DNA from: Clostridia bacterium
GTDB taxonomy: Bacteria; Bacillota; Clostridia; Oscillospirales; CAG-272
Direction: 5' to 3'
NCBI GenBank assembly: GCA_017612655.1
Contig: JAGAFM010000047.1
Span: 10,478-74,477 of the forward strand
Length of the DNA stretch: 64,000 bases
Part shown: in pieces, positions 55,559 to 64,000 of the stretch
How the letters are laid out: every line of letters begins with the position of its first letter
Numbering within the stretch: the first letter of the stretch is position 1
Translations under genes and position numbers: made by a program
The notes under the pieces: generated by a model
What the model saw: the letters and a program-made list of their open reading frames with translations, nothing else
Told to the model about the DNA's origin: nothing
Databases searched by the model: none

Positions 55559-56509
55559 TTAATCATCCGCAGGGAAACTGCGGGAAAGGGCGGCGCTCAT
55601 AAACTCCTCTGTTTCAAAACTTCCCGCCTTTTCTTTTTCCCTTCCGGTCTCACTGCGATCAGCCGGTTTCCCGTTTTCTTTCGTCTTTCCCGCTTCTTCT
55701 GCAGTCCGAATTCCCCTGCGATGCCACTCCGAAAGAATTTTATTGACATAGGGAAATTTCGGTTTTCCGATGCTGTCCACCGTGATTTCAAAAGCTATCC
55801 GTATGACGTCCATCGGCATATGCCAGTTTTCTGTCCAGTCGGTGATATAGCCGCTTTCCTTTGCGGACAGGGCACGCTCTCCGATTCCAAACATCACCCT
55901 GATCTGGGAGGTGGCATCCGAGAGACGGTCCAGCATCCTGATCTTTTCCGTCAGTTCGGAAGCCGTATGAACCCCTTCCTCGTACAGGCCGATCGCCGTA
56001 CGAACCGCATATCCCACCGAACGTTTCCCCCTCTTCTTGCAAAGGGCGAACAGCAGCAGAAGATACTCGGCATCCATCCCGTAGCTGTTGTTCAGTGCGA
56101 GGATTTGAGCGGTTTCGTGCTCGGTAAATGTTTTCCCGAGTTCCTCCTGGCATAAGACAAGCAGATTCTGCAGGGTATCATCCGTGCGTATCATTTCCGA
56201 AACCTGTTCCGCCGTATACTCGGGAAGCCCGTGGGTTCCGGGCAGAGGCGACGATGTCCTCGAGCTCTCTTTGCCACGCTCTGCGGTTTCGCTCACAGTC
56301 AGGATTCCCTGATCGGCCCAATAGGAAATGGCGCTTCTCACCAGATCCGTCGATACCCCGGCGCGCTCTGCAAGCACTTCCTCCGAAAGACTCCGGTCAG
56401 AGCACAAAAGCAGCAGAACCCGGTCATAGGCAGCGCACGGGGGGATCCGTTCTGTCGCGCGTCCCGGAACGGAAAAGGCCTCTGTTCCGAATTGGATGAT
56501 TTGTTTCAC
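55559..56509 (-). CDS. DnaD-domain replication initiation protein (Firmicute DnaB/DnaD-like)
   Basis: 316-aa ORF with two DnaD-like (DDBH2) segments, including the FPYVNKILSEWHRRGIRT motif. It lies immediately upstream of dnaI, as in the Bacillus dnaB-dnaI arrangement. Confidence 0.7.
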   Translation of the reverse strand: MKQIIQFGTEAFSVPGRATERIPPCAAYDRVLLLLCSDRSLSEEVLAERAGVSTDLVRSAISYWADQGILTVSETAERGKESSRTSSPLPGTHGLPEYTAEQVSEMIRTDDTLQNLLVLCQEELGKTFTEHETAQILALNNSYGMDAEYLLLLFALCKKRGKRSVGYAVRTAIGLYEEGVHTASELTEKIRMLDRLSDATSQIRVMFGIGERALSAKESGYITDWTENWHMPMDVIRIAFEITVDSIGKPKFPYVNKILSEWHRRGIRTAEEAGKTKENGKPADRSETGREKEKAGSFETEEFMSAALSRSFPADD

Positions 56510-56542
56510 TTCTCTTTTCCCCTGTTAAGGATCCGCCTCAAG

Positions 56543-57208
56543 TCACCGTCCGGTGTTCTCTTCGGCCGTCCTCAGTTCGTACATCAGTTTCATCAGCGAA
56601 TCGCCCATGTGGACGTTCTCGACAATCGCGACAGGATTCTCCTGCAGAATCTCTGCGCTGGAAAAATTCCAGATCGCCCGAATCCCGGAGGAGAGGATCT
56701 TTTGAGCAACCGTTTCCGCTTCGGCCTTCGGAACGGTCAGGATTGCGATGTCGATATGGTATTTTTCGGCAAATGCCGGGAGGGTCTCGACATCCATAAC
56801 CTGGTAGCCGTCAACAATCTGGCCAATCACCGATGGCGCGTTGTCAAACAGCCCGATCAGATTCACTCCCCGGTGCTCGAACATCGTACTCCCCGCCAGG
56901 GCTCTTCCCATGTTGCCTGTTCCGACAATCACGGAGGTAAAACCGTTGGAAACGCCGAGAATGTCTGAGATCTTGGAGCAGAGATAGGTAACGTTGTATC
57001 CGTATCCCTGCTGACCGAATCCGCCGAAACAATTCAAATCCTGACGGATTTGCGATGCGGTCACATTCATTTTCTCGGACAGTTCACCGGAAGAAATCCG
57101 AAGGATTCCCTGCCGGAGGAGTTCCCGCAGATATCGGTAGTAACGGGGAAGCCTGTTAATCACGGCGGGAGAGACTTCCGCCGTGTTTTTCTTTAAATCC
57201 CGTCTCAT
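56543..57208 (-). CDS. rex: Redox-sensing transcriptional repressor Rex
   Basis: It has the N-terminal winged helix (VINRLPRYYRYL, SSGELSEKMNVTASQIRQDLNCFGGFGQQGYGY) plus a Rossmann domain (VGTGNMG). Its ATG overlaps the icd stop by 1 nt (TAATG). Confidence 0.9.
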   Translation of the reverse strand: MRRDLKKNTAEVSPAVINRLPRYYRYLRELLRQGILRISSGELSEKMNVTASQIRQDLNCFGGFGQQGYGYNVTYLCSKISDILGVSNGFTSVIVGTGNMGRALAGSTMFEHRGVNLIGLFDNAPSVIGQIVDGYQVMDVETLPAFAEKYHIDIAILTVPKAEAETVAQKILSSGIRAIWNFSSAEILQENPVAIVENVHMGDSLMKLMYELRTAEENTGR

Positions 57209-58380
57209 TATAAATCCCGAATCGTATTCATGACATATTCAGTAAACTGCTCGCAGGTGGCACCGGTATCCCGTCCGGTCATGACGTATTTCCGTTCTTC
57301 GAACATGCAGATATCCAGCGCGCGTTCCAACCGTTCCGCCTTCTCCTGATATCCGATGTGCGACAGAAGCAGTATCGAGGCGCGGAGCATGGAGCAGGGA
57401 TCCGCGTAGATATCCCGCCCTTCGGCCACCATTCTGGGGGCGGACCCGTGAATGGCTTCGAACATGGCGTACCGTTTCCCGATGTTTGCGCTCCCGGCGG
57501 TCCCGACACCGCCCTGGAATTCGGCGGCCTCGTCCGTAATGATGTCCCCGTAGAGGTTCGGAAGAACAAAGACTTTGAAATCCGTTCTGCGCTTCTCATC
57601 CACCAGCTTCGCGGTCATGATGTCAATGAACCATTCCGTAGTCCGGATTTCCGGATACTCCTCGGCAATCTTCTTGCAGAGATTGAGGAATTTTCCGTCC
57701 GTCGCCTTGATGATATTTGCCTTGGTCACAATGGAAACATGATCCTTATGATTCTTTCTCGCATACTCATAGGCAAGGCGTGCAATCCGTTCCGTTCCCT
57801 CCGTGGTGGTAATGCAGAAATCACATGCCAGTTCATCCGTTACATGAACCCCCTGGGAACCGACCGCATAGGAGCCCTCCGTATTCTCACGGAAGAACGT
57901 CCAGTCGATTCCCTTTTCAGGTACTTTCACCGGACGAACATTTGCAAACAGGTCCAGCCTCTTTCGCATGGCAACGTTTGCGGACTCAATATTCGGCCAG
58001 GGATCGCCCGCGTGAGGTGTTGTCGTCGGGCCCTTCAGAATGACATGACAGCCCAGCAGCTGTTCCATCACATCGTCCGGAATTGCCTGATTATGTGCAG
58101 CGCGGTTCTCTATGGTGAGCCCTTCGATTTCCTGAAAGCGGATCTTCCCTTTCCGAACCTCTTCCTCCAGAAGGAAGGCCAGCACCTGTCTGGCGCTTGA
58201 CGTAATACGGGGACCGATTCCATCTCCTCCGCAGATTCCGATCACGATCGTATCCAGAGAACGGTAATCGATAAAATCTTTCTCAGCGCAGATCCGCTCG
58301 TTACGTTCCAGCTGACCTTTCAGCATCTCGCGAAAAGCTGCCGCCGCGGTCTCGATTTGTACATCATAGTTCCGATTCAT
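57208..58380 (-). CDS. icd: Isocitrate/isopropylmalate dehydrogenase family enzyme (probable NAD(P)-isocitrate dehydrogenase)
   Basis: It has GDGIGPRIT and NLYGDIITDEAAEFQGGVGTAGSANIG motifs. The ATG at 58380 (MNRNYDVQ) has a GAGAGGA RBS. The track ORF extends to 58533 over the box cluster. Confidence 0.85.
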   Translation of the reverse strand: MNRNYDVQIETAAAAFREMLKGQLERNERICAEKDFIDYRSLDTIVIGICGGDGIGPRITSSARQVLAFLLEEEVRKGKIRFQEIEGLTIENRAAHNQAIPDDVMEQLLGCHVILKGPTTTPHAGDPWPNIESANVAMRKRLDLFANVRPVKVPEKGIDWTFFRENTEGSYAVGSQGVHVTDELACDFCITTTEGTERIARLAYEYARKNHKDHVSIVTKANIIKATDGKFLNLCKKIAEEYPEIRTTEWFIDIMTAKLVDEKRRTDFKVFVLPNLYGDIITDEAAEFQGGVGTAGSANIGKRYAMFEAIHGSAPRMVAEGRDIYADPCSMLRASILLLSHIGYQEKAERLERALDICMFEERKYVMTGRDTGATCEQFTEYVMNTIRDL

Positions 58381-58499
58381 TTCATTTTCCTCTCTATATT
58401 TCCTGTTTAATAAGTCGACTTTTTCCGATCCCGCGACCCGCGGAACAGCCCCGGAAAAATACCTTTTCCGTCCTTTTTTCTTTCGGGGAAGAGGGATGA

Positions 58500-58571
58500 T
58501 TTTCCACAATATCAACAGGGTTTTCCACAGCAAAACGCCCGCAAATGCCGAGAATAACCGAGTTTTCCACA
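58500..58571 (+). promoter_or_regulatory. Cluster of three identical DnaA-box-like 9-mers (TTTTCCACA)
   Basis: The boxes lie at 58500-58508, 58521-58529 and 58563-58571, all in the same orientation. Start-to-start spacings are 21 and 42 bp. Each differs from TTATCCACA at one position. Confidence 0.45.
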
Positions 58572-58654
58572 GCCTTGCCCCCTGTTTTCCTCCTGGTTCA
58601 AACCCCTTTCAGAGACGATTTTTCCATTTCCGGAAAAACATTTATAAAGAGATT

Positions 58655-59686
58655 TTAGAGATTTTCATCGTGCCTCGAAGTGGCCATCGCATTCAGCCCC
58701 GCATCCCCCCTGATTCCGTTCAGGAAAGCATAATAAGCCTGAGCGCCTATCATCGCCGCGTTGTCTCCGCACAGTGCCTGTGGAGGGAAATAAACCTGGA
58801 GATTCTTACGGGAAGCAGCGTATTCCGTCAACCCTTTTCTAAGGTGTGTGTTCGCAGCGACACCCCCTGCTATCACAAGTTTGGACACCCCTGTTTGCAG
58901 AAGGGCCGCATCCATCTGCTTGATCAAGGAATCCACTGCGGCACGGGTAAACCCCGCTGCGACATCGTTCCGGTTCCATTCGGCCCCCGTCTGAGAACAG
59001 TGGTTTTCATAATTCATCACGGCCGTCTTAAGACCGGAGAAGGAAAAATCAAGAGATCCGTCCGTCATGGCGGCAAGCGGAAATCTGACCGCACCGGGAT
59101 CCCCGAGATAGGAGATCCGATCCAGTTCCGCACCTCCGGGGTAAGGAATCCCGAGGATTCTGGCGACCTTGTCGAAGGCCTCTCCCGCCGCATCGTCCCT
59201 TGTCCTTCCGATCACCCGGATATCGGTGTAGGTCAGAACCTCGGAAAGAGAGGTGTGACCTCCCGATACGACCAAAGCCAGAAAGGGAGGTTCCGGGGCG
59301 GGATCCGAAAAGTAGTTTGCAGCGATATGCCCATGAATGTGATTCACCGGGACAAGCGGGATGCCGTTTGCCATCGCCAGCCCCTTGGCAAAATTGACCC
59401 CTACCAGAAGAGCCCCTATCAATCCGGGATAAGCTGTGACGCCGATTGCTCCGATCTCTGAGAGAGAAACCCCTGACTCCTCCAGGGCTTCGTACGCCAG
59501 AGACGAGATCGCTTCAGCATGGGCGCGGGAAGCGATTTCCGGAACAACACCCCCGAAGGCTGCGTGAAGAGGAATCTGAGACGCGATACGATTGGACAGA
59601 ATCCGACGGACCCGGGGATTGTCGTTCATTTCAACGACGGCAACCGACGTTTCATCGCATGAGGATTCCACGGCAAGTATCAGCAT
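58655..59686 (-). CDS. tsaD: tRNA N6-adenosine threonylcarbamoyltransferase
   Basis: 343-aa ORF with the Kae1/TsaD signature (LILAVESSCDETSVAV, HIHGH, VSGGHT, GGVAAN). Confidence 0.95.
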   Translation of the reverse strand: MLILAVESSCDETSVAVVEMNDNPRVRRILSNRIASQIPLHAAFGGVVPEIASRAHAEAISSLAYEALEESGVSLSEIGAIGVTAYPGLIGALLVGVNFAKGLAMANGIPLVPVNHIHGHIAANYFSDPAPEPPFLALVVSGGHTSLSEVLTYTDIRVIGRTRDDAAGEAFDKVARILGIPYPGGAELDRISYLGDPGAVRFPLAAMTDGSLDFSFSGLKTAVMNYENHCSQTGAEWNRNDVAAGFTRAAVDSLIKQMDAALLQTGVSKLVIAGGVAANTHLRKGLTEYAASRKNLQVYFPPQALCGDNAAMIGAQAYYAFLNGIRGDAGLNAMATSRHDENL

Positions 59687-59725
59687 GGTATCCCTCCTCT
59701 TCCGTCCGTCACTCTGTTCCTCAGT

Positions 59726-60166
59726 TTACTGAAGCACCCTTGTCATCAGAATCGCATCCTCTTTGGGATGGGAATAATAGTTCTTTCTGCGTCCGTCCTC
59801 TCGAAACCCGCATTTTTCATACAGAATCTGTGCAGGATTGTTGGAACAGCGAACCTCCAGCCAGACCGACTTCGCACCGTTCTTCTCCGCTGCAAGAACC
59901 GCGGCACTGACCAGTCTGGTTCCCGTGCCCCGCCTTCTGCTGGAAGGATCAACGGCAACCCGAGCGATCTCTGCCCCGTCCGGGAACAAATACATTCCGA
60001 GATAACCGGTGATCCGATTCCCTTCTTCTTCCGCCAGCAGCAAGGCAATCGGGTTCCGCAGCGTTTCCTGCAGGGCCTGCTCGCTCCACGGAACCGCGAA
60101 ACAGCACTGTTCCAAAAGGAGAAGGGCAGGAATGTCCTCTATCCCGCATCTCCGGATTCGGTTCAT
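59726..60166 (-). CDS. rimI: Ribosomal-protein-alanine N-acetyltransferase
   Basis: It has a GNAT fold with RRRGTGTRL. The ATG at 60166 (MNRIRRCGIEDI) gives a ~146-aa protein and an ATGA overlap with the upstream gene. The position next to tsaD supports the call. Confidence 0.82.
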   Translation of the reverse strand: MNRIRRCGIEDIPALLLLEQCCFAVPWSEQALQETLRNPIALLLAEEEGNRITGYLGMYLFPDGAEIARVAVDPSSRRRGTGTRLVSAAVLAAEKNGAKSVWLEVRCSNNPAQILYEKCGFREDGRRKNYYSHPKEDAILMTRVLQ

Positions 60167-60894
60167 CCGGTTACCTCTTGCGTATCCGTCAGTTCCTCGG
60201 TTTCTGTCTCCGGCAGTTCCCCGTAAAGGATTCCCAAAAACATCCCTTCCGGAATTCGAACGCATTTCCGGGTCCCTCTGTCATAGAGGTAATGATCGTC
60301 AGCAGCATCATCCCCGGTCTCCGCGTACAGAATGTTGTAATAGATTCCCTCGTGTGCGTCAGATGCAAACTTCAGGGAAAGACTGAGCGACAGTTCTGAC
60401 GGAAGCTGCGTCTGTTCCCCCTGGTCAAGGAGGGTTATCATGGAATCAATCAGTTCCTGTTCCTCGAAAATGTCAATACAGATTGTTTCCGAAGCCGTCA
60501 TTGTGCAGACATAAATCTTGTCTGCCTGCATTTCCGTCAGGGCGGGAAGCGGGGTGCTCTCTTCATAAATCAGTCCCCCGGCCCCCTCAAACTTTTCCGT
60601 CAGGATTTTTTCAGGAGAAAGGGAGCCTACCCGGTAAAGATAAACGGTTTTTTCTCCGAATTGAACATCTGCATACGCTTCTCCAACCGAGGCGGGCTCA
60701 TAGGAGAGAGATGCCCACCGGTATCGGTTTCCGCTTGCCGAATCAACCAGAACGCCGTTTTCCGCATCGTATTCCAGATGAACCGAAACCGAAACAGCAT
60801 CCTCTCCTCCGCAGGAACTGAGAAGAATCATCAGAAAAACTGCGCAGATTACCAAAAGAGGAAGAAAACTCCTGCGTATGTTCGACACGCTCAT
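60163..60894 (-). CDS. Hypothetical lipoprotein
   Basis: 243-aa ORF with a signal peptide and lipobox (ILLSSCGG). I recognise no domain. Confidence 0.55.
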   Translation of the reverse strand: MSVSNIRRSFLPLLVICAVFLMILLSSCGGEDAVSVSVHLEYDAENGVLVDSASGNRYRWASLSYEPASVGEAYADVQFGEKTVYLYRVGSLSPEKILTEKFEGAGGLIYEESTPLPALTEMQADKIYVCTMTASETICIDIFEEQELIDSMITLLDQGEQTQLPSELSLSLSLKFASDAHEGIYYNILYAETGDDAADDHYLYDRGTRKCVRIPEGMFLGILYGELPETETEELTDTQEVTG

Positions 60895-60945
60895 GATACG
60901 GAGGATCTCCTTTCTGCACTCTCAGAATGTCCGGATCGGTCGGAA

Positions 60946-61434
60946 TCAGTATCCGAATTTGCCCTCCAGACTGTCGTCGTTGTTGACCCAATCCTCAACG
61001 GTAATCACACGGAAATCCGTCTTGGTATCCCGGACTACAACGGAACGGATTCCCGCATTGATCACCTGGCGTTTGCACATCGCACAGCAGCAGGTTCCGG
61101 GAACCAGTTCCCCGGTCGGCGACGTACAGCTGATATACAGAGTTGCATCCAGCATCTGTTCTCTGGGTGCGGCAATAATGGCGTTTGCTTCCGCGTGAAT
61201 CGACCGGCAGAGCTCGTAACGTTCGCCGCGGGGAATGGCCAGTTCTTCACGGATGCACCGGCCTAGATCCGAACAGTTTTTCCGGCCGCGCGGCGCACCG
61301 TTGTAGCCCGTGGCAACAATGGTGTCGTTTTTCACGATGATTGCGCCGTAGCGCCTCCGCAGGCAGGTGCTGCGCTCCGCAACTGTCTCTGCAATATCCA
61401 GATAGTAGTTTTCTTTCGAAACCCGTTTTTCCAT
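60946..61434 (-). CDS. dCMP (deoxycytidylate) deaminase, ComEB-like
   Basis: It has the zinc motifs HAEANAI and the second Zn-binding Cys pair in CCCAMCKRQVINAGI. The ATG at 61434 (MEKRVSKENYYLDIA) avoids overlap with the upstream gene. The track ORF runs to 61536. Confidence 0.85.
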   Translation of the reverse strand: MEKRVSKENYYLDIAETVAERSTCLRRRYGAIIVKNDTIVATGYNGAPRGRKNCSDLGRCIREELAIPRGERYELCRSIHAEANAIIAAPREQMLDATLYISCTSPTGELVPGTCCCAMCKRQVINAGIRSVVVRDTKTDFRVITVEDWVNNDDSLEGKFGY

Positions 61435-61465
61435 TTCCGTATCTCCCCGTTTCTTGTTGGTCGCT

Positions 61466-62647
61466 TCAGACAGTTTCCTTCTCCAGGAAGGGAACGCAGC
61501 CCAGAAGCTCGCAGGCATCCCGGTATTCTCTATCAAACGATTCGTGCGTCTCTGGCGGATAAGGGGTCTTTCGTTTTACGGCACGGATCATGAGATTCTT
61601 CGGCGTCTCTTCGGGATCGATCAACTCCACGACCTGAACCTCGTAATCGTTCCGCTTCAGCCAGAGACATCGGAGCGCATCGGTTGCTGCGTCCGACAGC
61701 TTCTGTTTCAGCAGAGAGTATTCCGTCATGAAGGAAAGAGAAGGGGCATTCATCCTGTGAAAAAGTTCATGATGGCAGCAGGGGGTGGAAAGAATCACCG
61801 GCGCCCCCCAGGCGACTCCGCGGGAAAGGACAAGATCCGTTGCCGTATCGCACGCATGCAGAGACAGAACCAGATCTGGACGTTCGGTGCAGGTGTATTC
61901 TTTCAGATCCATGCAGAGAAAGGAAAGCCCCTCGGAAAACCCCAGTGAAGAAGCAATATCATTACAGGCGGCGATGACGTCCGGCTTCCGGTCGATTCCC
62001 GTCATGGAAACCGTCCTTCCCCGCATCTTTGTGAAATAGTAATAGACGGCGAAGGAAAGATAACTCTTCCCGCAGCACAGATCAAGAACCCGGAGAGTCC
62101 CTTCCCGGGGAAGCTCTTCGACAACGTCGTTTACCAGTTCAAGGAAGCGGTTGATCTGACGGTACTTCGGGCGCTTTTTATCCAGTATCCTGCCATGTTC
62201 GTCTGTAATCCCGAGCGGGAACAGAAAGGAGGCGGCAGCATCGGTTTCCGGATCGAGAAGGTATCGATGGGGGCGGTCATGTCCGTGCAGGACGGGGGCG
62301 CCGTCCTCCTCGCGGATCCGGTTGATGATATGGCACTCGTTTTTCTTGGAGAACCGGATTTCACAATCGCCGACCGGTGTATGAATATCCGTTTGCCGGT
62401 ATTCATGTTCCGCCATCCCTGCGAGAATCTCTGCTGCGTCTCCGGCAGGAAGGTTTCTGTGAAAGGCCTTGCCGTCTGCGTAGCGCGTCTCAATTTGCAC
62501 ATAGGAGATATTCTGCTTCCGAAACAGAACCGCTGTTTCCCGGAGAGTATCCGGTTCCGTCTTCTCCCTTCGCCGGGAAAAAGTAATCCGGTCAAACGAC
62601 TTCGTTCTGCACAGATACTCCATGATGCTGCGGATGTTCTTTTCCAT
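61466..62647 (-). CDS. Class I SAM-dependent methyltransferase with N-terminal accessory domain
   Basis: 393-aa ORF with motif I VLDLCCGKSY. The substrate is unknown. Confidence 0.65.
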   Translation of the reverse strand: MEKNIRSIMEYLCRTKSFDRITFSRRREKTEPDTLRETAVLFRKQNISYVQIETRYADGKAFHRNLPAGDAAEILAGMAEHEYRQTDIHTPVGDCEIRFSKKNECHIINRIREEDGAPVLHGHDRPHRYLLDPETDAAASFLFPLGITDEHGRILDKKRPKYRQINRFLELVNDVVEELPREGTLRVLDLCCGKSYLSFAVYYYFTKMRGRTVSMTGIDRKPDVIAACNDIASSLGFSEGLSFLCMDLKEYTCTERPDLVLSLHACDTATDLVLSRGVAWGAPVILSTPCCHHELFHRMNAPSLSFMTEYSLLKQKLSDAATDALRCLWLKRNDYEVQVVELIDPEETPKNLMIRAVKRKTPYPPETHESFDREYRDACELLGCVPFLEKETV

Positions 62648-62692
62648 GGCAATCCTTTCCGCGGATCTGCGGACAATCGAGAGATTTTTGTA

Positions 62693-64000
62693 TCAGTACG
62701 CCTTGCCCCAGTAGACCAGTTTCCGCGCGGGTTTTCCGCAGCAGACGCAGGTGTCCCCGAACGGTTCTTCCCCAAAAGGCATGCAGCGGGAGGTGACTTC
62801 CGCGACTTCCTTCAGGCGGTCCTCGCAGGCCTGATCCCCGCACCACATGGCGCGGATAAACCCGGGCTTGTTTTTAGCGGTATCGATCAGCTCATCGAGC
62901 GTGGATACCGTATAGGTCATGGTTTCTCTGCGCTTCAGTGCGTTCTCGTAGAGAGCCGCTGCGTACGCATCAAGGATTCTCGGGATTTCCGTTTCCAGAC
63001 TTTCAAGCGGGACAAAACTCTTTTCCCGGTTGTCCCGTCGAACGATGACACACTGTCCGTTTTCGATATCCTTCGGCCCGATCTCCAGGCGGAGGGGAAC
63101 GCCCTTCATCTCGTACTGAGAGAACTTCCAGCCAGGAGTATTGTCGGAGTCATCGATCCGAGCCCGGACAAAGGTACGAATCCGCTCCGTGATCTCTCTT
63201 GCTTTTTCCAGCACCCCTTCTTTATGCATCTGAACCGGAATCACGACGACCTGAATGGGGGCGACGGAGGGCGGGAGCACCAGTCCGCTGTTATCCCCGT
63301 GCGCCATGATCAGCGCGCCTATGGTTCGGGTGGTCAGTCCCCAGGAAGTCTGACTGACGTACTTTAACTGATTGTCCCGATCGAGATACCGGATTCCGAA
63401 CGCCTGTGCAAACCCGTCGCCGAAGTTATGGGAGGTCGCTCCCTGCAAAGCCTTTCCGTCGTGCATCATCGCTTCGACGGTGTAGGTTGCCTTAGCGCCC
63501 GCAAACTTTTCTTTCTCCGTTTTCTGACCGCGGATCACGGGGATGCAAAGATCTTTTTCATAAAGATTCGCATAGACCTCCAGCATCTGAACCGTCTCCG
63601 CTTCGGCTTCCTCCGCAGTTGCGTGAACGGTATGTCCCTCCTGCCAGAGGAACTCCCGGGTACGGAGAAACGGCCTGGTATTCTTCTCCCACCTTACCAC
63701 CGAGCACCACTGATTGTAGAGCTTAGGCAAATCCCGCCAGGACTGAACGATATTCGCGTAATGCTCAGAAAACAGCGTCTCGGAGGTCGGTCTGACACAG
63801 AGACGCTCCGCGAGGGGCTCAGACCCGCCGTACGTCACCCAGGCGACTTCCGGAGCAAAGCCCTCAACGTGCTCCTTCTCTTTGTTCAGGAGTGCTTCGG
63901 GAATAAACATCGGCATATAGACGTTCTCATGTCCCAGATCCTTGAAGTGTTTATCCAGGATCCCCTGAATTCTCTCCCAGATGGCGTAGGCATACGGACG
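62693..64000 (-). CDS. proS: Proline--tRNA ligase (archaeal/eukaryote-like type), 5' end beyond window
   Basis: It has class II motifs and the C-terminal Zn-binding tail ([18 protein letters not shown]). The reading frame continues upstream of the listed Met (..[19 protein letters not shown]..) to the window edge, so the gene is partial. Confidence 0.93.
   Translation of the reverse strand, partial: RPYAYAIWERIQGILDKHFKDLGHENVYMPMFIPEALLNKEKEHVEGFAPEVAWVTYGGSEPLAERLCVRPTSETLFSEHYANIVQSWRDLPKLYNQWCSVVRWEKNTRPFLRTREFLWQEGHTVHATAEEAEAETVQMLEVYANLYEKDLCIPVIRGQKTEKEKFAGAKATYTVEAMMHDGKALQGATSHNFGDGFAQAFGIRYLDRDNQLKYVSQTSWGLTTRTIGALIMAHGDNSGLVLPPSVAPIQVVVIPVQMHKEGVLEKAREITERIRTFVRARIDDSDNTPGWKFSQYEMKGVPLRLEIGPKDIENGQCVIVRRDNREKSFVPLESLETEIPRILDAYAAALYENALKRRETMTYTVSTLDELIDTAKNKPGFIRAMWCGDQACEDRLKEVAEVTSRCMPFGEEPFGDTCVCCGKPARKLVYWGKAY

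Noticed and set aside
58381-58654. Chromosomal replication origin (oriC)
   Set aside because: It has only three good boxes, no adjacent dnaA/dnaN, and no AT-rich unwinding element or DnaA-trio that I could see. It is interpreted instead as an extra-origin DnaA-box cluster or regulatory site.
62195-63367. 390-aa plus-strand ORF spanning the methyltransferase/proS boundary
   Set aside because: It is antisense to two genes that happen to share the same frame (both 2 mod 3). It is a shadow ORF.
1-64000. CRISPR arrays, IS elements, integrases, prophage or known defence systems (RM, TA, CBASS, retron, etc.)
   Set aside because: I saw no repeat-spacer architecture, no transposase, recombinase or phage-like ORFs, and no reverse transcriptase or nuclease-NTPase pairs. 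The Lhr-like helicase has its own promoter and terminator and no partner genes, so it is treated as a housekeeping repair helicase.

Overview
This is a chromosomal, mostly housekeeping segment. The gene content points to a moderately GC-rich Firmicutes (Clostridia-type) genome: whiA, a Firmicute-type dnaB/dnaD-like plus dnaI loader pair, rex, M-box-mgtE, and DUF4358/DUF4037/DUF4340 families. That taxonomic call is an inference.

I support about 57 protein genes, roughly 80% on the minus strand. They include proC-proB-proA, a class A PBP, dnaE, whiA, murB, glycerate kinase, folC, cysK, rlmB, mgtE, argG-argH and an NMT1-type ABC importer. Also present are an Lhr-like helicase, a GldG-type ABC cluster, pgsA-like, copA, dusB, hisS, rex, icd, tsaD, rimI and a partial proS. 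There are 3 tRNAs (Leu-UAA, Ser-GGA, Ser-UGA), one probable M-box riboswitch, several intrinsic terminators and several near-consensus sigma-A promoters.

I saw no rRNA, CRISPR array, transposase, integrase, prophage or recognisable defence system. I therefore do not claim a new multi-gene system.

The observations most worth following up are:
- A large membrane protein that is colinear with the window's own CopA but has lost every P-type ATPase catalytic motif, and carries a long polyacidic N-terminus.
- Three identical, helically phased DnaA-box-like 9-mers upstream of an icd-rex-dnaB-like-dnaI operon.
- A strand-specific AT-rich motif (TAAAACGWTAYACA) recurring at consecutive gene junctions around whiA.
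- An MccF-like S66 peptidase plus RimL-like GNAT pair with atypical codon usage next to tRNA-Ser.
- Two or three unexplained structured non-coding stretches: the 690-nt gap after proA, a ~280-nt leader before tRNA-Ser(UGA), and a ~150-nt 5' UTR of a GlsB/YmgE-family gene.

Many very long ORFs in the supplied track are codon-aligned antisense shadow ORFs and were rejected.
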